A stretch of DNA of 58,127 bases from a virus (lineage: Duplodnaviria; Caudoviricetes): the IMG/VR virus record IMGVR_UViG_3300025676_000021, positions 1 to 58,127 of that record. One strand, given 5' to 3'. Under the pieces are notes generated by a model that worked only from the letters and a program-made list of their open reading frames with translations, was not told the origin of the DNA and did not search any database. Within the stretch, counting starts at the first letter, position 1, and each line of letters opens with the position of its first letter. The position numbers and the translations under genes were made by a program. Positions 48,747 to 55,701 of this stretch are shown here, piece after piece.

Positions 48747-48956
48747 ATGGACGTAAACAAATGGAAATCAATTGCTGTTGATATCGAATCATACACAATT
48801 ATTAGGGCTATGGGGGAGAATGGCCTTAGAAACCCAGGCAACATGATAAAAAAAATGGTTAGTGATTCTATTAAAAAGATAGCTAAGAAAGAAAATGTTG
48901 CTGAACCTAAGATGAAAGAAAATTTATTGAATCAAGGAAAGAAACTCTTGAAGTAA
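48747..48956 (+). CDS. Small putative DNA-binding protein (ribbon-helix-helix-like)
   Basis: KWKSIAV strand followed by two helices; AGGAG RBS. Confidence 0.45.
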   Translation: MDVNKWKSIAVDIESYTIIRAMGENGLRNPGNMIKKMVSDSIKKIAKKENVAEPKMKENLLNQGKKLLK

Positions 48957-48991
48957 TAATAAACACTTAACAGTATACGAGGTGTTGGATT

Positions 48992-49017
48992 AGGGCCGCG
49001 AGAGTGGCCCTTTTTTT
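48992..49017 (+). terminator. Rho-independent terminator
   Basis: AGGGCCGC-GAGA-GTGGCCCT followed by T tract. Confidence 0.85.
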
Positions 49018-49019
49018 AT

Positions 49020-49047
49020 TTGACTTAAATCAATAAATAGTTATTAA
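49020..49047 (+). promoter_or_regulatory. Putative sigma70 promoter
   Basis: TTGACT-16 nt-TATTAA directly after the terminator. Confidence 0.5.
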
Positions 49048-49153
49048 TTAAATAGTATTCCTAAGCCTAAATGAAATAAGTGGGGCTTTCAAAACACTTT
49101 ATTTTCACTTAACAATTAACACTCAAATTTAACTTTAATAAAAGGATATTTTT

Positions 49154-49405
49154 GTGGGTAAAGCTATGAAGAAAAGTAGTGAAGAAGCATTGAACCATGC
49201 GTTGGACAAGCTAGTGATGGTGTGTCCAAACAAGAAAACTTATGATGAGTTAACAAGTTTAATGTTTCAGTTGTATTGTGGAAATGACTTTGGTTTAGGA
49301 AATTTCAGTCTTTCTTTTCTCGACAAAATCGAGGATAGATGGCGATCAGGACGTAAAGCTGCAGCGAAAGCTAAAGGCATTAGCCTGGTTGTTAAAAATG
49401 CTTAA
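49154..49405 (+). CDS. Hypothetical protein
   Basis: GTG start with AAGGA RBS; 83 aa. Confidence 0.6.
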   Translation: MGKAMKKSSEEALNHALDKLVMVCPNKKTYDELTSLMFQLYCGNDFGLGNFSLSFLDKIEDRWRSGRKAAAKAKGISLVVKNA

Positions 49406-49444
49406 CCACGATGTCATTACTACATCCATATCTTTTCCCGCATC

Positions 49445-49684
49445 GTGGTTATGCAAATGGATACTACTCAAAAAAGATTAATTAAAGAATCTATAATACT
49501 GATGGAAATTATGTCTGGTGAACACCGGATGGATTATCTTGGACGTATGTGGCATTTGTATTTCAAAGTGTACGAGAAGAGATCTATTAGGGTTTCAAGA
49601 AATAAAAAATCTAAAACGTTTTTAATGGATAAGAAGAAAGCCTATGACTTGTGCTCCGAGCTTACTAAAATATTTGGGCATTAA
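49445..49684 (+). CDS. Hypothetical protein
   Basis: About 75-79 aa; start uncertain. Confidence 0.5.
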   Translation: MVMQMDTTQKRLIKESIILMEIMSGEHRMDYLGRMWHLYFKVYEKRSIRVSRNKKSKTFLMDKKKAYDLCSELTKIFGH

Positions 49685-50069
49685 ATTGTCTTTGGAAATT
49701 GTAAAACCCAAAGCCTATGCAGAACAACGATTGTTTCAGGCTATCCTGGTGCAGGCACTAGAAGATGCTGTTAACCCATCTGGATTTAAAAGAGAAACGT
49801 ACTATAAGCATGATTCTCATAAATGGTTTGTAAGTAATAGTATAGAATTTCAAGATATTTGTTGGGGTGCTGACATGGACCCTGATTTTGTAAGAAGTGA
49901 GTACATGAAAATGGTAGATACAGGTAAAATACATTTTACGAAGCTGCAGGTATCCTGGATCCGTTATCGAGATTTATATAAGAGGTATCGAGAATGTGGG
50001 AGTAAAGAGGAGAGAAGAATTATTAAAAAACTTATTTTAAAAGAGAATTTAAAAAGATTAGAGGACTAG
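49644..50069 (+). CDS. Conserved phage hypothetical protein
   Basis: EQRLFQAILVQALEDA...WF...F.DIC..A..DPDFVR; start uncertain. Confidence 0.6.
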   Translation: MTCAPSLLKYLGIKLSLEIVKPKAYAEQRLFQAILVQALEDAVNPSGFKRETYYKHDSHKWFVSNSIEFQDICWGADMDPDFVRSEYMKMVDTGKIHFTKLQVSWIRYRDLYKRYRECGSKEERRIIKKLILKENLKRLED

Positions 50070-50217
50070 TCATGGGGGACGAATGAATCTAACTCCTGGG
50101 GGGAAAAACCAGAGAGCAATTAATGTTAAACCCCCCGAAGTCATTAACCAAAGTTTATAAGTGTTAAATAACACAGGTCAACTGTAACATAATACCGGCC
50201 ACCGGGCAAATGTAAAA

Positions 50218-50453
50218 TTTCTACTATATAGATTATCTAGAGTGATTGAAAAAGAAAAGTGCTCAGGGGGTAAAAGAGGTGTATCTGGTGTATCTAATGT
50301 TCTATTAATCAATTGTATCAATGGTTTTAATCAATTTTAGTGGTGTATCTATGGTGTATCTATGGTGTATCTTGGATACACCACTCTTGCTGGAACGCAA
50401 ACAGTTGATTGTAGGGTTGTAGTCATTACTCTGAAATATCTATATAGTAGAAA
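50218..50453. repeat. Iteron-like array flanked by 16-bp inverted repeat (candidate origin or packaging site)
   Basis: GGTGTATCT at 50278, 50287, 50342, 50353, 50364; inverted GATACACC at 50375; TTTCTACTATATAGAT (50218) / ATCTATATAGTAGAAA (50438). Confidence 0.75.
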
Positions 50454-50456
50454 ATT

Positions 50457-50924
50457 ATGTATAAAAAATTATTACTGCTTAAATATGGTGTTAATGTGCT
50501 TAGAGGCACAAGTAAAAAAAAAGACTTTGCATCTGATGTAAATAATAAACTTAATAAAAAATACCAGGGAAGATATTTCTTTGAAAGAGCTAAGACAAAA
50601 AAGGCAGATAAATTAAGGGTTGAAGCTGCTAAAAGTTTTGCTAAATCAAACACAGACCCAACTGCAACCTGGGGAGTTAAAACTGTTCCTAAGAAAGATA
50701 GATTAATGTTAAGAGGTAAACTAACAGCTAGAGAAACTGCTGTTGGTAGAAGATTGTTTGAAAAATTTGCGCCTAAAAGAAATCCGTTTTCATCTCCATC
50801 CCAAAGGCAGGGAAGACTCGGTAGAATTATTGTACCCAAGAGTGCATTAAAAAGGTTGAAAGTGGATAGAAAATTAACTAGAGAAGTAAGAAAAGAAAAT
50901 AAGGGAGGATCTATAAATGTATAA
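50457..50924 (+). CDS. Very basic hypothetical protein
   Basis: 155 aa, Lys/Arg-rich. Confidence 0.55.
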   Translation: MYKKLLLLKYGVNVLRGTSKKKDFASDVNNKLNKKYQGRYFFERAKTKKADKLRVEAAKSFAKSNTDPTATWGVKTVPKKDRLMLRGKLTARETAVGRRLFEKFAPKRNPFSSPSQRQGRLGRIIVPKSALKRLKVDRKLTREVRKENKGGSINV

Positions 50925-51141
50925 AAGATTTAAAGCTTTAGGAATGTTGGGTTCTCATTTGTTTACTACTGGTAAAAACTATTTTAAAGCTGGTGGGAAA
51001 AAAACTAAAGATATTATGAGAGAATCAAGCGTATCTAGAGATACAGCTAAAGCTGATATAAAATGGGAGATTAAGAGAAAAGCCTTTCCAAGAGGTGGTA
51101 AAAAACCATCTGATTTTTATAACAAACCTAAAGGAAGATAA
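50917..51141 (+). CDS. Basic hypothetical protein
   Basis: GGAGG RBS; TAATG-coupled to terS. Confidence 0.6.
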   Translation: MYKRFKALGMLGSHLFTTGKNYFKAGGKKTKDIMRESSVSRDTAKADIKWEIKRKAFPRGGKKPSDFYNKPKGR

Positions 51142-51671
51142 TGCCTGGTGGACTTAAAAAAAAATCATTAAGAACTGAATTAGATTTAACTCCCAAACAA
51201 AAAATGTTTGTGGAAATATACGTTAAAGATTGGGGTTCTATTACACAAGCTGAAGCTCTAAAACGTGCAGGCTATGTGTGTACTAACGAAAAAGATTATG
51301 GATCTGTTGCATCTAGAATGTTGTCTAGAAAACACAGCCCCCATATTGCAAATTATTTTGATAAATTATTTGATCTTGAAAAAAAGAAATATGAAAGTGA
51401 CAACCTTAGAAGATATAAAAGGTTAGAAAGAATTGCTGACAAAGCAGAGAAAGAAAAACAATTCGCTGCTGCTATCAATGCTGAATATAGATCTGGTCAA
51501 TTGGCTGGAGCATATGTTGATCGTAAAGAAGTAACTGTTAGTGGTCTGGAGGGTATGTCACGTGAGCAACTTGAGAAAAAGTTACAGGAACTATCAAACA
51601 AAATCGATGGCTTCAATGCCAAAACGATTGAAGTTGAGTCCGAAGACGTTACAGCAATTGAAAAAGGCTAG
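51141..51671 (+). CDS. terS: Terminase small subunit
   Basis: LTPKQKMFVEIY...TQAEALKRAGY...ASRML helix-turn-helix; AAINAE..G.LAGAYVDRKE oligomerisation region. Confidence 0.8.
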   Translation: MPGGLKKKSLRTELDLTPKQKMFVEIYVKDWGSITQAEALKRAGYVCTNEKDYGSVASRMLSRKHSPHIANYFDKLFDLEKKKYESDNLRRYKRLERIADKAEKEKQFAAAINAEYRSGQLAGAYVDRKEVTVSGLEGMSREQLEKKLQELSNKIDGFNAKTIEVESEDVTAIEKG

Positions 51672-51754
51672 TTGGACTGAATGGTTAGATGCTTTTAACC
51701 AAGTACATAACTCCACCATCACCACTTCAATTGGTAAAATTAAGGTAGAGATTG

Positions 51755-52078
51755 ATGACTAGAAAGAAACGACAACAATCAAAAATACTTAACTTTGATT
51801 TTAAAAATCTCGGAAATGTTATTGACGACTATCCATTTGTAGAAATTGAGTGGTGTGATATCGAAGGTGATGCCGGCTGGTCTAACACAAAGGATTTAAA
51901 CAAAGAACAACTACCTGTATGTGTCTCAAAAGGTTATTTGTTAAGTCAAAAAAATGGTATTACAAGGATATTTAGTGACTACATTAAGTCTAAAGATAAA
52001 CCAACGTTTGACAATATTGGTGCAACAACTATTATTCCAACAGCAGTGATTAAATCAATTAGGAAAATTAAACTATAA
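51755..52078 (+). CDS. Conserved phage hypothetical protein
   Basis: VEIEWCDI..DAGW...CVSKGYLL...IIP..VI. Confidence 0.6.
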   Translation: MTRKKRQQSKILNFDFKNLGNVIDDYPFVEIEWCDIEGDAGWSNTKDLNKEQLPVCVSKGYLLSQKNGITRIFSDYIKSKDKPTFDNIGATTIIPTAVIKSIRKIKL

Positions 52079-52093
52079 ATAACTTACTCAATC

Positions 52094-52501
52094 ATGTCTA
52101 ATAAAAACGGGGAATCTAGACTATGGCAAAAGGTAAAAAAAGGACTTACTGATTGCTTCTTAACGCGCATAGAATCCAGTACAATCAACGGTATTCCAGA
52201 TATTCACGCAGTCATGGGCAATGAAGTTTTTTGGATGGAATTAAAATCAGATTCATTAAGTTATCCGAAGCTTAATAAGTGGCAAGTTGTTTGGATCAAT
52301 AAATATATAATGGCTGGTGGTAAAGTTATTATCTTGGATGAGACACTCTTGCAGAAGTCTCTTAAACTCTACAGACCGGTGTCCGTTTTCACTGATCCTC
52401 GTTCCCTCGTGCCGTTTGCCTCGTTCTCGTTCCCGTTACAATGGCCACTGGTCCAGCGCAGGATGCTGCAGGAGCTGGGACGGCAGCCTGATGCAGCGTG
52501 A
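52094..52501 (+). CDS. Holliday junction resolvase / VRR-NUC-like nuclease
   Basis: E..LW, RIES...GIPD, FWMELK, Q..W PD-(D/E)XK pattern. Confidence 0.75.
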   Translation: MSNKNGESRLWQKVKKGLTDCFLTRIESSTINGIPDIHAVMGNEVFWMELKSDSLSYPKLNKWQVVWINKYIMAGGKVIILDETLLQKSLKLYRPVSVFTDPRSLVPFASFSFPLQWPLVQRRMLQELGRQPDAA

Positions 52502-52731
52502 TCCTCGTTCTCGTGCCCTGGCCACTGATCTTTTCCCTCTTTGTTTGATCAGTGGCCTGGGGACCAGCAGCAGGTGGTACAGCTCAGGTCTCGTTTCTCG
52601 TTGACAAACCTCGCTCGTTCTCGTTAAACTTAACTACACTGGTCCCGCCAGAGCAGCTGGTACGCATCCTTCAGGATCCAGGTGAAGCTCTCGTTTCTCG
52701 TTCTCGGTAATGGATAAACCTCGTTCTCGTT
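52398..52731 (+). repeat. Strand-biased CTCGTT short-repeat array
   Basis: About 12 CTCGTT copies (counted by eye) plus CTCG variants, often as tandem pairs, all on the + strand. Confidence 0.8.
52516..52561. ncRNA. Candidate hairpin sRNA with anti-Shine-Dalgarno loop
   Basis: GGCCACTGATC/GATCAGTGGCC perfect 11-bp stem; loop TTTTCCCTCTTTGTTT complementary to phage early RBSs. Confidence 0.45.
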
Positions 52732-52804
52732 TACTGGCCAACGGTGACGTCCCTGCAGGGTGAGCTTCAGGGGGGTGCAGACTGGAATCAGGAGAAACTT
52801 TTGC

Positions 52805-52833
52805 TTGACGAGTATCCCATGATGTCGTATGGT
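52805..52833 (+). promoter_or_regulatory. Early sigma70 promoter with TATCCCAT box
   Basis: TTGACG-17 nt (AGTATCCCATGATGTCG)-TATGGT. Confidence 0.65.
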
Positions 52834-52856
52834 CAGACTAAACAAAGGATGAAAAG

Positions 52857-53015
52857 ATGTTTCGAAAGATAAGATCAAATAATTTAGATAAAATAAATAG
52901 ACTTCAATCAATGAAGACCTATCCTATAGGAGCAAGGGGTAAAAGAGATGTTCGTATAAATAAATTAATAAATAAATTATATAATAGAAAGGAAGGATAT
53001 GGCAATAGATTTTGA
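52857..53015 (+). CDS. Basic early microprotein (52 aa, not in ORF track)
   Basis: MFRKIRSNNLDKINRLQSMKTYPIGARGKRDVRINKLINKLYNRKEGYGNRF; AAAGGA RBS; first ORF after promoter. Confidence 0.5.
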   Translation: MFRKIRSNNLDKINRLQSMKTYPIGARGKRDVRINKLINKLYNRKEGYGNRF

Positions 53016-53193
53016 TGCCCTCGATCTCGTTCGAGGAGAGAACAAAGCTCGTTTATATAACACTAAGTTAGACGGACTCCAGCAGCAGGTGACTGAGCTC
53101 ACCAAGCTGGTAACCGATGTGGTAAAAGAACTTCCAAAGGAAAAGGTATGGTCGTTTGAAGAAAGATTAAAAAAAATAAAAGAAAGGGGTTGA
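52999..53193 (+). CDS. Early hypothetical protein
   Basis: AGGAAGGA RBS; coiled coil. Confidence 0.6.
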   Translation: MAIDFDALDLVRGENKARLYNTKLDGLQQQVTELTKLVTDVVKELPKEKVWSFEERLKKIKERG

Positions 53194-53218
53194 CAGGTAT
53201 CCCATCGTGTCTTATATA
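53190..53218 (+). promoter_or_regulatory. Early sigma70 promoter with TATCCCAT box
   Basis: TTGACA-17 nt (GGTATCCCATCGTGTCT)-TATATA. Confidence 0.75.
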
Positions 53219-53224
53219 TACATC

Positions 53225-53286
53225 GCACCTTCAGGTGAGACTGTTATGCCATGGCCGCGCAAGTGTCTTGTTCCACCTGATGGTGT
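53225..53286 (+). other. Long 5'-leader stem-loop
   Basis: GCACC-T-TCAGGTG pairs with CACCTGA-T-GGTGT; inner AGAC/GTCT; starts at the predicted transcription start and ends just before the RBS. Confidence 0.55.
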
Positions 53287-53305
53287 TTAACCAAAGGAGA
53301 ACTAC

Positions 53306-53491
53306 ATGATAAGTAAAAAACTAATACAGCAGATGAACAATTATTATGATCAAGAGTATATCAAAGATGAGTCAAAGCCCAAGGAAGACAAACCTGAAGA
53401 AGGCAAAGTATACGCACTGACCGGTGACCGGGGCACGCGCTGCATTGCAAACGGTAACACGTGGAAAGACTCGGAGGTGAAGGATGACTGA
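53306..53491 (+). CDS. Early hypothetical protein
   Basis: AAGGAG RBS; 61 aa. Confidence 0.6.
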   Translation: MISKKLIQQMNNYYDQEYIKDESKPKEDKPEEGKVYALTGDRGTRCIANGNTWKDSEVKDD

Positions 53492-53846
53492 TGAGCTGAA
53501 GGAATGGTATCTGATGCCAAGCATCACCGAATGCCTCGTGGAGTACGAGAAGCAGGACATAGGTTTGATTGCAGACATTGCTAAACACGGCTGCTCAGGA
53601 GGAGTCGCTGGTATCGTATACTACGATGAAACAACTTCGTTTCATGATCACCATCAAGAGGAGATCTGGCAATTGGTCCAGGACCACGCGGATGCAGCTG
53701 GACTGAAGAACGGTGAGTTTCTACAGCACATAACCAAAGATCCAAGCTCGTTGAAGCATTTAGTTAATGATCTCGTCTGGTGGGCGGTCGAAGTTAGGGC
53801 TCAGGAGCTGCATGAACTGGTACCTGCAGCTGGAGCGTCCACATGA
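53484..53846 (+). CDS. Acidic early protein
   Basis: DIAKHGCSGG..G.VYY.ET..F...N.LVWWAVE; GGAGG RBS. Confidence 0.65.
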   Translation: MTDELKEWYLMPSITECLVEYEKQDIGLIADIAKHGCSGGVAGIVYYDETTSFHDHHQEEIWQLVQDHADAAGLKNGEFLQHITKDPSSLKHLVNDLVWWAVEVRAQELHELVPAAGAST

Positions 53847-53944
53847 GTTTAGTCCTCGTTTGGCTGTGCCTTTTGTTTATGTTCCCAACATTCACATTAG
53901 CGGGCACTGGGATCCTGATGCTCTCGCTCGTTGGAATACTATGA
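53843..53944 (+). CDS. Hydrophobic microprotein (33 aa, not in ORF track)
   Basis: MSLVLVWLCLLFMFPTFTLAGTGILMLSLVGIL; ATGA-coupled. Confidence 0.5.
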   Translation: MSLVLVWLCLLFMFPTFTLAGTGILMLSLVGIL

Positions 53945-54165
53945 TACCCATACCTCGTCTCGTTTCTAGAGTTGCATGCACCTGCGCAGAGATTACTGAT
54001 GGAGTAAGGACTGGCGCTGGGAAGCTGATGGAAAAGCTCGGCCTCGTTTGAAGTAATGGATAATGTGGTACATAGATTACTATGGAGCTGAGCCCCCTGC
54101 TGGTAACTGCTGTGGTAAGAAGAATGGTTAGGTTTCTACTTTAGAATGATTCTAAAAGATAATAC

Positions 54166-54194
54166 TTGCACTAGTGCATAGGATACGATAAGAC
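54166..54194 (+). promoter_or_regulatory. Early sigma70-like promoter with inverted ATCCTAT box
   Basis: TTGCAC-17 nt (TAGTGCATAGGATACGA)-TAAGAC. Confidence 0.5.
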
Positions 54195-54224
54195 ATTAGG
54201 ATTAATCAACAAAGGAGAAAAGTT

Positions 54225-54653
54225 ATGGGATTAGATCAACACGCACACCTTCGAGGTCAAGAGGTAGATTGGGAACAATACTACTCTGATGATGATTACG
54301 GAGATAAGGCAAAAGTTTTTGTGTGGAGAAAACACGCAAGACTTCAACAGTTCATGGCGAAGAAGTGGGACGAACAAAACACAACTCATAAACATGAGGG
54401 AATGCTTTCAAGTTTAGGTTTTAATGGCGATTGTGAAGCACCTTGCTATATGACTGAAGACGTTGTCAAAGAATTAGCCGAACAGATACAGAAAGATTTT
54501 TCTGACTATCACGCAACAGACGGATATTTCTGGGGTCAACAATCACAAGAGGAAAGTGTCAAGCACTACAAGGAACAAGATATCAAGTTCCTCAAATTCT
54601 GTGAACAAGCGATCAATGAAAAAAAGGTCGTTGAATATTGGTGTAGTTGGTAA
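54225..54653 (+). CDS. Conserved early protein (MGLD...WRK family)
   Basis: MGLDQ, WRKHARLQ.FM, GFNG, GYFWG, V.Y.CSW; strong RBS. Confidence 0.7.
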   Translation: MGLDQHAHLRGQEVDWEQYYSDDDYGDKAKVFVWRKHARLQQFMAKKWDEQNTTHKHEGMLSSLGFNGDCEAPCYMTEDVVKELAEQIQKDFSDYHATDGYFWGQQSQEESVKHYKEQDIKFLKFCEQAINEKKVVEYWCSW

Positions 54654-54853
54654 TGGCTAAAGATAAAATTAACGAGGCGACTACTGTCGCCTCGTCTCGT
54701 TCTCGTGGTGGAAATAAGAAAGATAATAAAACTAAACAACAACTGGGGACGGCACGGGAACTTTTATTCACCCAAAAAATAAAAAGACTATTTAATATGT
54801 TAGAGGATAATAATGCTAGTTATACTATTGCTAGACCTAATAAACTTAATTAA
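54653..54853 (+). CDS. Possible hypothetical protein
   Basis: TAATG-coupled ORF containing CTCGT repeats; weak support. Confidence 0.35.
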   Translation: MAKDKINEATTVASSRSRGGNKKDNKTKQQLGTARELLFTQKIKRLFNMLEDNNASYTIARPNKLN

Positions 54854-54872
54854 AAAAAAGATAAATAACTTG

Positions 54873-54900
54873 TTGCATAAGATTTCATAAGATGTATTAA
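54873..54900 (+). promoter_or_regulatory. Early sigma70-like promoter with two ATAAGAT boxes
   Basis: TTGCAT-AAGATTTCATAAGATG-TATTAA. Confidence 0.5.
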
Positions 54901-54944
54901 TTAGAGGTATTTATAAAAATACATAACTTAACAAAGAGGTAAAA

Positions 54945-55271
54945 ATGCAAACAGCAAAAAAGCTAAAGCAAGACGAAAAAAAAGTTGTCCTAGCTTATGC
55001 AACACTAAAGCTAAAAGCAAATAGACTTAACAAAGAGTTAGATAGCATGAAAGAGCATGTTGTTAATCTATTTGATAGAACAAACCAAAACTTAATTATT
55101 GTTCAAGATGAGCATGGAAATAGTTTTGGATTGCAAAAGATTAACAGAGTTAGAAAATCTTTTGATAAAGATAAATTTAAATTATCACATTTAGATTTAT
55201 ACAATGCTCACCAAAAGCAAATTGCTTATTGTGAGTATAAGGCTATTGGCGAGGTATCAAATGCCCAATAA
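54945..55271 (+). CDS. Early hypothetical protein
   Basis: AACAAAGAGG RBS; coiled coil then RKSFDKDKFK..H.DLY. Confidence 0.65.
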   Translation: MQTAKKLKQDEKKVVLAYATLKLKANRLNKELDSMKEHVVNLFDRTNQNLIIVQDEHGNSFGLQKINRVRKSFDKDKFKLSHLDLYNAHQKQIAYCEYKAIGEVSNAQ

Positions 55272-55521
55272 TGATTTGATTAACATAGCTAATGTATTGA
55301 GTGAGAAGTTAAACTCTAATGCACCTACTTCACTTGCTGACATGGTGGTGGACAATGGACAGAAAAAACAACTCAACTATGAGATCATGTTCCAATTGTT
55401 AATGGGCGAATGTGAAAAACACATACTTGAGAATGTTGGCAACCCATTGGTTGACGAGTTCAAGGACAATATCTTGAAAAAGTTTAGTACACTTGTTCAA
55501 GCGATACACAACACAGAATAA
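55261..55521 (+). CDS. Early hypothetical protein
   Basis: Likely start MPNNDL with GAGGT RBS. Confidence 0.6.
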   Translation: MPNNDLINIANVLSEKLNSNAPTSLADMVVDNGQKKQLNYEIMFQLLMGECEKHILENVGNPLVDEFKDNILKKFSTLVQAIHNTE

Positions 55522-55534
55522 TAATTAAACCATA

Positions 55535-55564
55535 ACCAATGGCGTCTTAACTGACGCCATTGGT
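55535..55564 (+). other. 12-bp perfect hairpin at end of early operon
   Basis: ACCAATGGCGTC-TTAACT-GACGCCATTGGT; no U-tract; overlaps a GGTGTATCT copy. Confidence 0.65.
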
Positions 55565-55673
55565 GTATCTAGTCTGTACCTATTACAAGGCTCTTATCAT
55601 ATACAAAAATCGTTTTTAAAATTGCAGGTTACAGGTTTCGCGTTCTAGGGCTAGGTTTTGTAAGGTGAAAGGG

Positions 55674-55701
55674 TTTACAAAGTAGGTTATATAGATACAC
55701 T
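55674..55701 (+). promoter_or_regulatory. Putative promoter for terL/late operon
   Basis: TTTACA-16 nt-TACACT, 15 nt before terL ATG. Confidence 0.4.

Noticed and set aside
49055-49150. SAM-V/SAM-II riboswitch typical of SAR11
   Set aside because: Conserved core and 3' A-rich/SD pairing segment not recognisable; kept only as an unassigned pseudoknot candidate.
50278-50382. CRISPR array
   Set aside because: Repeats are 9-11 bp without unique 30-40 bp spacers, and there is no cas operon.
52317-52911. ORFs 52317..52604 (+) and 52630..52911 (-) across the repeat region
   Set aside because: Open frames explained by GC-rich, stop-poor repeats; no RBS or protein-like features.
53225-53290. tRNA gene
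   Set aside because: No TTCGA T-loop, D-arm or cloverleaf; a simple long hairpin.
54225-54653. 'Phosphoglycerate kinase' label sometimes attached to MGLD...WRK proteins
   Set aside because: 142 aa with no PGK motifs; likely a propagated misannotation.
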